Origin: Candidatus Bathyarchaeota archaeon
GTDB lineage: Archaea > Thermoproteota > Bathyarchaeia > Bathyarchaeales > Bathycorpusculaceae
Length of the DNA: 27,402 nt
Reading direction: 5' to 3'
NCBI GenBank assembly: GCA_963777155.1
Contig: CAVZPM010000012.1
Coordinates: 1 to 27,402, forward strand
In this document: positions 1 through 8,868 of the stretch, piece after piece
Position numbering within the stretch: position 1 is the first letter of the stretch
How the letters are laid out: every line of letters begins with the position of its first letter
The notes under the pieces: generated by a model
What the model saw: the letters and a program-made list of their open reading frames with translations, nothing else
Told to the model about the DNA's origin: nothing
Databases searched by the model: none
Position numbers and translations under genes: made by a program

Positions 1-114
1 CACTGTTATTATGATTACAATTAATGCTACTATGATGATGAGGTTTTTCTTGTTGAGTTTTGTTGGAGGGGGCGGAAGGGGCGGTAGGTGGGGTAAATCA
101 GCGTTTGTAGTCAT
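1..114 (-). CDS. N-terminal part of a membrane-anchored or secreted protein that runs off the window edge
   Basis: Manual translation from ATG 114: MTTNADLPHLPPLPPPPTKLNKKNLIIIVALIVIIITV (Pro-rich, basic, then hydrophobic helix); AGGAAG upstream. Confidence 0.7.
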   Translation of the reverse strand, partial: MTTNADLPHLPPLPPPPTKLNKKNLIIIVALIVIIITV

Positions 115-382
115 AATGATCTTCCTTTTTTCTTTCAATTCTTTATTGAAATATAGGTATGGATAAGTTTTTTGCTTGTTTGAAGTTGTGTTTGCATAAG
201 ATTTTGTTCTCCTATCTAAAAATGCCTAAGAACCTATGGTGCGCAGTTGTGGTTGGCAGGGAGGAAGTTGAACCCCGCAAATGACCTTCTCCTATTTGTT
301 GAGGGTTTTCTGCAATTTACTCTTCCACTTGCCAAAATACATGCTATGCACAGGACCGTAATTATCGCTAAATTTTGTATTC

Positions 383-479
383 TAATTAAGAATTATGTTA
401 AGAATTCCCAAGATAATTATTCGTAAAATTCCTTGCTGGTAGTTTGTTATGATTTGGCTCAGTAATTAAGAATTATGTT
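383..479. repeat. 17-bp direct repeat TAATTAAGAATTATGTT (383-399, 463-479), possible operator
   Basis: Exact copies 80 bp apart in the intergenic region upstream of the 536 gene. Confidence 0.6.
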
Positions 480-535
480 GGTGAGAATTATATACTCTGA
501 AAATAATGTGTTATTGATCATTTGGGGGTGAAATT

Positions 536-931
536 ATGGCAAAAAACAAAGCCAACTCTATTGAACCCGGTGGTGTAGATGAATACATAACAAAATTCCC
601 TAAAGAAGAGCAAGCCAGGTTGGCTGAGATTAGGGCTGCAATACGTGAAGTAGCGCCTGACGCCATAGAAACCGTCAGTTACTTCCAAATCCCGGGATAC
701 TACTTCAAGGGTTATGATTATAATGGGATGTTTGCTTGGTTTAGTTACAAGAAACCAAATGTGCGCCTACACGTGCGTCCTCCAGTATTACAAGACTATA
801 GAAACGAACTTGCAGGCTATAGTACAACCACAGCTATCGTTAGTTTCCCATTACGCAAAGAGATACCGGTGGCGTTGGTGAAAAAACTCGTGAAAGCAAG
901 CCTAAAAGTAATGAAAAACAGCTCTAGATAG
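536..931 (+). CDS. DUF1801 / YdhG-like (iron chaperone-like) protein
   Basis: VDEYI...RLAEIRAAIREVAPDAIETVSYFQIPGY...F...EIPVALVKKLVKA pattern typical of DUF1801; GGTGA RBS upstream. Confidence 0.85.
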   Translation: MAKNKANSIEPGGVDEYITKFPKEEQARLAEIRAAIREVAPDAIETVSYFQIPGYYFKGYDYNGMFAWFSYKKPNVRLHVRPPVLQDYRNELAGYSTTTAIVSFPLRKEIPVALVKKLVKASLKVMKNSSR

Positions 932-1298
932 TCATTTTCACATGCGCTATCATCAGGGTAATAGTCTATCTTCTGTAAAGTTCTAGCGTAAAAAGTCCAC
1001 CGAGCTTTAATTGGTGCTAAACTTTAACCTTATTTGGGTTCTGCACTCAGAACAGTTTGGAAAACCAAGTTTAGCTCGCGACTTCCAAGAGCACGCGCGA
1101 AGCTTCATAAGATTTGGGTCTTTTCAATTGGATAGACAAGCATATTTGCTTAACTTGACACGTTTGTTAAGTTGATTTTTGAAAAATTGCTAAAGTTGAC
1201 AAATAGCGTTATCGGGCTTTGCAAAAAACCATATATTAAATCATACGATAAGAGGAGTTAGCAAGAAACGGCAGCGTTATTTGGAGGAAAAAAGAAAA

Positions 1299-1520
1299 AT
1301 GCAAAACGAAGAATTAGCGAGTCTAGCAAAGAAAGTAAGAAACCATTTACCTAACGTGGAATCGTTTCCAATAGCTACAATCTACACCACAATCAAAGAG
1401 CAAGAGAAAACTAAATTGAATCTACCAGACTTTAAGAAATTAATTTATCATCTAACTGGCTGGGACATATCCTTCCAAATTATACGCAGACAACTGGAAA
1501 TAAACCAGATAGTATGGTGA
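1299..1520 (+). CDS. Hypothetical 73-aa protein (possibly small helical DNA-binding protein), repeat copy 1
   Basis: GGAGG RBS before ATG 1299; 6 synonymous vs 2 non-synonymous differences from copy 2. Confidence 0.75.
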   Translation: MQNEELASLAKKVRNHLPNVESFPIATIYTTIKEQEKTKLNLPDFKKLIYHLTGWDISFQIIRRQLEINQIVW

Positions 1521-1552
1521 GCAACGAGCGCACTTCTTTTGGGTGACTTGAA

Positions 1553-1666
1553 ATGGCGGATAAGAAATATTATGGTGGCATTGCGTTGTTCCTAATGCAG
1601 CATAATGAAAAAAGTAAAGAGGAGATAAGTATGTGCCGCGTATTTAAGAGAGAAGTCATTGTGTGA
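1553..1666 (+). CDS. Putative microprotein MADKKYYGGIALFLMQH... (37 aa), repeat copy 1
   Basis: GGTGA RBS; differences from copy 2 in the first 23 codons all fall at third positions. Confidence 0.5.
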   Translation: MADKKYYGGIALFLMQHNEKSKEEISMCRVFKREVIV

Positions 1667-2291
1667 TAGAACTCTCTTACCAGCCGATCCATAAGTTCTG
1701 AAGCGCGCGCATCCCTGAGCAACCTTGTCCTTTAGCCAATTATCATATTCTATTTTTATGAAGTGAAAATGAGTGGAAGTAATGCTTTTGGCGCCGTTTC
1801 ATTTTTTTGTGCGATCAATATAAGGTGTCTTCAAAGATAATAGATCATCAATAACCTAACTATTACCGTCGGTATGAGTCCAATAAGCGCGCGCTAAAGT
1901 ATAATAAGAAATTCTATTTCACTCCTTAATATAAGCAGACGTGGAAGAATGACTGGACCCAAATTACCCAATACATCGCGCACCTGTGAAAACAAAGCAA
2001 GCCCATGTTCAACTTGCGAAAACTCAGATGCAGAAGGATCGAAAGATCCACAACGTTGCCAGAACTGCGCAATATTTGATGATTGGGAGAAAAGAGAAAC
2101 AAGACCTTGGAAAACTGAATAATTACTCTGAGTTTCTGTTCTAATGGTTGTGTTAGATTGCAAGAAAGTTGCAGTTTTAGGGGGGTTGGTTGGGTTGGAT
2201 GTGGTTATTTTGGGCTCTGAATTGCAAGAGCTTGATGAATTGGGGTTTTTGCTTGTTGGGTTTGTGAAGCCGAGTTTGCATATTAGATAAA

Positions 2292-2651
2292 TTATGATTG
2301 AATTTGGTTCGGTCCCTTGAGTGTTTGGACTAGTTCTTTTAAGGGTGCAAGCGCACTTTGATTTCTATGTTCAATCTTCGAAACCAATTTAGCAAATAAC
2401 CCCTCCAAAGTTTCGTTGTGCAAATCGCCATACCCTCTTAGAGTTGATAGCCGAAGAGCAAATTCTTCTTCAAATGCTTTGCGCAGAAAATCTTCCTCAA
2501 ACCACCGAAAGTTCTTTAGGGTTAATTCGATGTCTTCAGATTTCTCCCCGCTGACAACCAGGCTCTTTTTGACATCGTTTAAATTCGGAAACTTATCTCG
2601 GTCAATGGTCGAGCTAGCAGCCGATACTGGCTTGGATACTTTTCCTGATGA
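2292..2651 (-). pseudogene. Start-less ~120-codon open frame, probable gene remnant
   Basis: Manual translation SSGKVSKPVSAASSTIDRDKFPNLNDVKKSL...NFRWFEEDFLRKAFEEEFALRL...QIQS* looks protein-like, but has no ATG/GTG/TTG at the 5' end. Confidence 0.35.
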
Positions 2652-2671
2652 ATAAGAATTATTAATATGTC

Positions 2672-2872
2672 TTAAAGATTTTTGAGGTAGACAATTATTT
2701 TTAAGTAATCTTCAGCCGAAACGTACCAGCCGCTATCGCGCATTTCTTTAACTTTCTCTATTAGCATTTCCTTGTCGATTTTTCCGGATGCATAGATTTT
2801 GCCCAAGATGTATCCGGTTCCGTGGAGCTCTATTCCCAGAATCCTTGCAACGGATCCGGCGACTCTATAGAG
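2672..2872 (-). pseudogene. 5'-truncated DUF3368 / PIN-domain (VapC-like) gene fragment
   Basis: RVAGSVARILGIELHGTGYILGKIYASGKIDKEMLIEKVKEMRDSGWYVSAEDYLKIIVYLKNL* resembles the DUF3368 C-terminus; in-frame TAA immediately upstream. Confidence 0.65.
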
Positions 2873-2963
2873 TTAGTTAGAAGTTGAGAGTGAAAAAGAT
2901 ACAAATATAGTCTGCATCGGGTAAACTGGGAAACTGAAAAAAAGATTGAAAGTATATAGTGGA

Positions 2964-3658
2964 CTAGCGGACACCGAATAGCGAGAAGTGGTCTGTTACT
3001 CCCCAGACAATGTGGTTGGCGGAGTCAACATTTTTTGTGATGTCTATCCAATATGCTGTTTTTCCCAGGTTTTGGGATACTATGCATAAGTCTTGCAGGT
3101 TGATTTTGCCATCATGGTTCAGATCGTAACATTGATTCCATCTGGAACTGCTGTGAGTGGAACCGAAGGCTTTGGCTACGAGCAATAAGTCGGCACAGTT
3201 AACTTTTCCGTCTTTGTTGACATCACCGAGCACAATCTGACCATAATCGGTGACATCTGTCTGCCATACTTGCAGATTAGCGGGTGTAAGGTCGTCGTAG
3301 AATAAGCCAACTTTTACATGTCCAATGAACTTTGCCGTTACTTGGACATCCCAGACTTTCACGAAGCCTGTAGGGAGTATCGGAGAAGCGACTGTAGGGA
3401 CTGCGGTAACTGCTGAAATTCTGGTCCTATGTCTGACCCAGGATAGTCGTAGGTTTCGGTTGCTGATAATGATCCAGGTGTTATTACAAAGTCAAACTGT
3501 AAATGGACGCCGTTCATTTCGACTGTCACGTTGCGGCCTGCGGGAATTGGAACAGATGTCTCAGATTCCCCTTTTGCAGATTGGACGCTGAAAGCCATTG
3601 ATAACAGAGATAATAGCATTAAGCAAAGCACAAATAGGGTTACGATTTTCTTTGTCAT
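2964..3658 (-). CDS. Secreted dockerin type I domain protein, frameshifted near 3420 (joins ORFs 3359-3658 and 2964-3362)
   Basis: Signal peptide MTKKIVTLFVLCLMLL; GDVNKDGKVNCADL and YDLNHDGKINLQDL Ca-binding dockerin repeats; alternative frame ISAVTAVPTVASPILPTGFVKVW bridges the two ORFs. Confidence 0.8.
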
Positions 3659-3834
3659 TTCAATTCTTCCTTTCTAAAATAGACAGAACTGTTTCTTTTG
3701 TTATTTGAATATAAGGTTTATGGATTTTACGGATGAGTCTTCTAGACTCTACTTGATGTAAAAACAGATCGGTTCTCCACCGGTTGCGTCTGAAAAACTC
3801 TATTAGTTAAGCGTTAATTTTAGCGTTTTAGTCT

Positions 3835-6800
3835 TTAAATCTCCATTCTTTCCTTTTTCAGGACCAGGTCAGTGTCCAAGTATTTTTGGTTGTAAAGTTT
3901 TCGGATTCTCAAGATTTTTTCAGATCCTTTATCGGTCTCCCTCTCAATTATCTTGATTTCTCCTTCGAATAGGCCCAAGATGGCTTGTACTTCTTCTTGT
4001 GGATGCATCTCAGGATTTATGACCGCTAAAGTGGTGAAACCTTTAGACTTTAGATCTGCAAGAAGACCACTTAGCCATTTTCTAGTTATTACTGCGTGAT
4101 GTTGCAGCAAGACATCTGAGATGATTTCTATGCAGGCTCTTCGTGGTCCAATACGTGAGGTGTCGATTGTGCGAAACGCTCTAGTTAGAGCGATGTCGAT
4201 ATCTGTTAAACTATCTATACCTTTCAGTTTGAAAACGTTAGGCATGCTTTGGACTATAACCTCTGCCCGAGGGTTGCAGATGAACAGATAAAGAGTAGAT
4301 TTAAATTCCTCCGCTAGGGTTGACACGTTTCCTAGCTTTTCTGCAATGTAGAAGGTTGTTTGCCCGTTTATCAATCCAGCTCGAAGGAACCTCTTTATCA
4401 GTTCTTCTTTCTCGTCACTGGAGGGACTTGTCAAAATGACCGCGTAGTTTTCGGGTATTCCGCCCAATAACAGGTTGTCAAGGTCTAAGTATCCTGAGCT
4501 GACTCGGCCGGGTAATGGTGCCTCTAGAAAATTGAATGCTACGGGTTCTAGTCTTGTAAGTTATTTGATGCCCTGTTTCGTCGAAACAAATGATTCTTGG
4601 ACTGATTTCAACAGAGCCTTTTATGAATGATTTCAAGGAGATTTTGATTTCTTCAGTTATAAGAGGGGATAGTTTTTTTCCCTTTAAGGTAAAAGCCGTG
4701 CCCTCGACAGAACAATAGTCAGGTTTGGTAACTAATTCAAACCCAGCTGGAATGATGTTTTCGATCTTGGTCATTAGGACTGGTTCTTTACCTACGTTTA
4801 CAATTTGAATCTCAAAGTTTACATCTTCTCCCACTTTGATCTCGTTTCAGTGTTGGATAAGTTTGGCTTGTAGGTTTGCATGTTCAAATCTTTCTAGACC
4901 TACTGCTTTTTCCTCGTTTGGTCCTATGGTGGAGAAACTCGCCGTTGATGAAGTGATTGTTGGAGCATGGAAGATCTCACTTAATGATAATGCCAATTCT
5001 CTATCTTCCCTGACTTTTCTTAGAAGACTCTGGACGCGCTTGGTTTTTTCCATGTGCCCTGCTTTTGTAAAACATTCACCTGAGATCTGCAGCACTTTCT
5101 CGGCCATCAAGTAGAAATTAGCCTGTTTTCCAGGATCTTTTTCTCGTTTAGCGGTATCCATATAGACATAAGCGTCGAATAGACGTTGTGTGCCTAAAGC
5201 ATAGTCTGAAGCTGATTCAAAACCAGCACGAAGATAGTAATTTGCGGCTGAATTCATGTATCTGGCTGTTTCTTCATACATAGCTGTATTTCTGGTGATC
5301 TCAAATTCTGTGCCCGCTTCCAAAGCTTTGCAGAAACTACTGTGTCCTAATGCTAGCAGACTTGTGGATTCTTTTGTCGAGTGTTCATTTGCAAGAGTGA
5401 AGAGGTCTGCCGCTTCTTCATACATTATTGGAGAATTTTTTGCTTCAGCGAGAGTCATTTTTTGCCATGCTTCGCAGAGAAAGATTAGCGGCTTGACTTC
5501 TCTTCCCGTTTGCGTTGGATCGATCTCTACTATTTTTTTGAAAGTCTCTGAAGCAGAGCCGTATTTTTGGGAACTCGCTCCGTGGTCGCCTTGTTTATCG
5601 AGAATTTTTGCTTCTTCTATCGCAATTCTTCCATTGCTATAATCAACTCTAATATTTGAAGCTTGAATAAGCATCTTAACAAGATTTTGTTCGTCGGTCT
5701 TGTCGATTCTGCCCAGCTCGGTGCGAAGGATCTTTTCGGAGTCTCTTAGCAATTCGATTGCTTTCTCAAAGGTTACTATTGACTGTTCACAATTGTCTTT
5801 TCTACTTTGATCTTCTGCTTGTTCTAAAAGTGACCATGCACAGAAATTCGAAGAAAGGTGATTCCATAATTTTGATTGTTTGAGAAGGTTTGATGCTTTT
5901 TCGTAATTATTCATCGAATCTAAGTATTTGTCATTGCTATGTTCGAATTTCGCCGTTTCGATTAGGCTCCATGCCTTCATATAAGACGCGTAATCAAGGT
6001 AGAAATCGCTGAATTGACTGATTTTTTGAGCAGCAGTTTTGTACCAAACAAAGCCCTTCTCAAAATTTCCAGCAGCTTGACTGTACTCGCCAAAAATATC
6101 GAGGTTTCTTGCGATTTTCCAATAACTTTCAGCGACCCGGCTTGGCAAATCTACTTTCTTAAAATCGGTTGCTGCGTTACCATAGACTTCGTTTGCCTTT
6201 TTTAAATTCTCTTTTTCTGAAGTCAACTCATAACCATGGTCTAACATTTCTGCTAAGTTATCTTCAAATTCAGCAACAATCGCAATAAGTGATGGGACAG
6301 CACGGCATTCTATCCAATTCTTGCAATAGGAAACTCCGTCGTTCATATCAGAGATGGAGTCTTGAAGAAGGGCAATTTTGCCTTCTTCCTCATTTAGCAT
6401 AGCAAGGTCAGCTTCTATCTGCGCTGCATAAACCAATCCTACACCTAGTATCCAGGCGTTTGTTGCGAATTCTCTTTGAACAAGACTAACGTATTCTTTT
6501 CTGAAGCCCAAAGCATTTCTTAGTTGTTGTTGTTTTTCATTTTTTCCAGGTTCAAGTTTTGAATAGTAATGGTATGCTTTACTTAGAGCATGTAAGGTGG
6601 ATCCCAAGGCGTCAAGTGATCCTGAGCGAAGAGCATAATCTAGTCCTTTTTCTCCAGTTTCAATTGCTTTCCTTGAAAAAGTTAGTTTCTCCGACGTATT
6701 CGTCATGAATTCTCGTGCTATGCTCGAGTAGCTCTCTGCATAGAATAGGTAGGTTTCTGCAATTGCAGCGTCTTGGTTTACCAATTGCAGGTTTCGGATG

Positions 6801-7747
6801 GCGTCTTCTGAGTATTTAAGAATCTCTTCATGTTTCTTCTTCTTCCTATCAGGGTTTGCTTCTCCTGGAACCATCCAATCAGAAACGAAAGCGAGAAGAT
6901 AGCTTGCTATTCCTTTGAAATAGTTGTCCCCAATTATTGAAGCCTGTTCAAGCATTTCTTTTGCGCATTTCAGTGAAGATTCGATGTCATCTGTGAAAAA
7001 TAGAGTTGATAGGGTTCCAGCCCACAGCGACATCGCCTGTAAATATGGATTTTCAATTTGTGTGGAAAGTTTCAATGCGTTTTCTGAGTAACTCAAACAT
7101 TTATTTGACAATATCTTTGCATCTTTCTCTTGTTCAGAAATATTAGCAGCATACCAGGTTTGGAGGCTAGCCAAAGAATAGGCTAGAAGAAGACCGTCTT
7201 TATTTTCAAGCTCAGAATGAACAGCTATTGAAACCTCCGCAGTTTCTATTCCCAGTTTGGATATCGCTCTAACCTCTTCTCCAGTCCCTGCAATGTACAA
7301 ACGTTCAAAGAGACATTGGCATAAGATGTTAGCGGTGTTACCGTATTCTACCATGTTCCCAGAATTCTTAAAAGCCTCTAAGGCATCTCTTGCCAGATCT
7401 TGACATTTGTCTAATGCTTTTTGTTTCTCGGAAGAGCCGCTTGCAAGCCAAGAACGTGCATATTCAGCAAGGGATAGGCATAGTGAACTCTTCCCTCGGT
7501 TTTCTTTATTCAGGTTCTCTCCGAAAAGTCCAGCAGCTTTTTCGTATGCTTTGACTGCCAGCTGCCGAAGATTCTCAAATCCCTCAACATCCTTTGTCTG
7601 CCGAGAAGCTAGGTCATAGCAATAGCCTATTCTTTGCCAATAATCCTCGGCAGAAGAAATAGGTAAGGAGATAGACTGTAATATTTGCTCATATGATTTT
7701 GCCGCTTCAAACCATTTGTAGTCCTTTTCATTTTGGCTAAAATCCAT
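3835..7747 (-). CDS. Large TPR-like helical protein + Ig-like domain + C-terminal inactive KaiC/RAD55-like domain; interrupted by an in-frame TGA (4847-4849) and a +1 frameshift (~4550)
   Basis: LIQH*NEIKVGEDV continues in frame; the shifted frame reads EPVAFNFLEAPLPGRVSSGYLDLDNLLLGGIPENY (RecA/KaiC N-terminal motif); Walker A position is degenerate (TSPSSDEKE). Confidence 0.8.
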
Positions 7748-7899
7748 GAGTATAACCTACGTGCGATTATGAACCCTAAACCAAATAAAGGGGGACACAA
7801 GCATAAAACGTTTTTCAGCAGTTGCTTTTGCCTCGAACTCATAAATAAATACATGTTCTTTGCCAACAAAATAAACTCTACGTTACTTGAAGATGCAGA

Positions 7900-8667
7900 C
7901 TATTTTTCTCTGAAAAGCGACATATTGGGGTAAATCTCGATTCCAGTATTATCAATAGTGTAAGGTACAAGGTTATTGTTGACGTTTACCCCACGCATTT
8001 TCTCAACTTGCAACCCCCTTGTTGTTGTGCCGTGTGAGAACAATGTCTGCATCATTATGGAACCATGAACGAGGAATTCTTCTTCCATGATTTTGCGTTT
8101 TAACCCTAGTTGGTTGAGTTCAGTTGTAACAATAACTGTTGCTCCAAGATCTGACAGAGACTCTATCAAGTCCACGCCTGCAGTCCGCCGTTCTATGGGA
8201 TCTATAAATCTATAGAACAAAGATGCAAGAGTGTCAATAACGACACGTTTGGCATTTACTTGTTTAATTTTTTCCTCTAACTCTTGAACCAGTTTATCAA
8301 CCTGCAATTCTTTACCTCTCAGGTTGCCAACTTCTTCTTTAAGCAGTTTCTCTTTAAGCATAGCTACTCTAGATAGTCTTGTCGCATCCAAAAAATAGAA
8401 TTTTGATTCTAGCTCTGCTTTTTCAAAATTCCAGCCAAATTTCCCCATTTCAGCCAAGTAATGGCGCTTACTCTCATCTAAACTTACGAAAACACCGTTT
8501 TCGTTGTAATCACAAATGCCCTTATAGAGGAATTGTGATGCTAGAATAGTTTTTCCGGCTCCGGGTCCTCCAACAACAAGAATTACTCGACCATTTGGAA
8601 AGCCACCGCTTATCAGTTCGTCCAACCCTGGAACTCCAGTATGCACTGTTGGCAAGGTTTCCGACAA
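7900..8667 (-). CDS. Single-domain KaiC/RAD55/GvpD family RecA-superfamily ATPase
   Basis: TGVPGLDELISGG, Walker A GGPGAGKT, VSLDE, Walker B VVIDT, C-terminal VEKMRG. Confidence 0.92.
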   Translation of the reverse strand: MSETLPTVHTGVPGLDELISGGFPNGRVILVVGGPGAGKTILASQFLYKGICDYNENGVFVSLDESKRHYLAEMGKFGWNFEKAELESKFYFLDATRLSRVAMLKEKLLKEEVGNLRGKELQVDKLVQELEEKIKQVNAKRVVIDTLASLFYRFIDPIERRTAGVDLIESLSDLGATVIVTTELNQLGLKRKIMEEEFLVHGSIMMQTLFSHGTTTRGLQVEKMRGVNVNNNLVPYTIDNTGIEIYPNMSLFREK

Positions 8668-8704
8668 TAGATTCCGCTCTAAGATGGATAGGAGAACTAA
8701 AATG

Positions 8705-8719
8705 TATTTATAACTTTTG
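8705..8719 (-). promoter_or_regulatory. Archaeal BRE/TATA promoter of the KaiC-like gene
   Basis: Minus strand CAAAAG-TTATAAATA about 40 bp upstream of the TTG start. Confidence 0.5.
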
Positions 8720-8868
8720 CAGGCACCCCCTCTAACCTATTTAGAAGTATTTCGGTTCTCGACATCCTTGATAATTATAGCTTGTTAAAAGAGAAAAACT
8801 AAATAACGATACAAAAATGGTAGAGCGCCTTATCTAAATGAGGTATCTATTTTTTCACTGAGCGCTTT

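Larger units (their letters stand above)
1104..1711 (+). repeat. Long direct repeat, copy 1 (~608 bp; partner 23618-24226)
   Basis: Starts TTCATAAGATTTGGGTC, ends GTTCTGAAGCGCGCGCA; about 30 substitutions and 1 indel versus copy 2 by manual comparison. Confidence 0.95.

Noticed and set aside
1104-1711. IS element or MITE
   Set aside because: No transposase, terminal inverted repeats or target-site duplication seen
1894-2163. 89-aa minus-strand ORF
   Set aside because: TTG start within a low-complexity tract and no motif; cannot support it as a gene
4847-4849. Selenocysteine recoding
   Set aside because: No redox motif context and no SECIS recognised; other lesions occur in the same gene
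7900-8667. Circadian clock kaiC
   Set aside because: Single domain, no kaiA/kaiB nearby, phosphosites apparently absent
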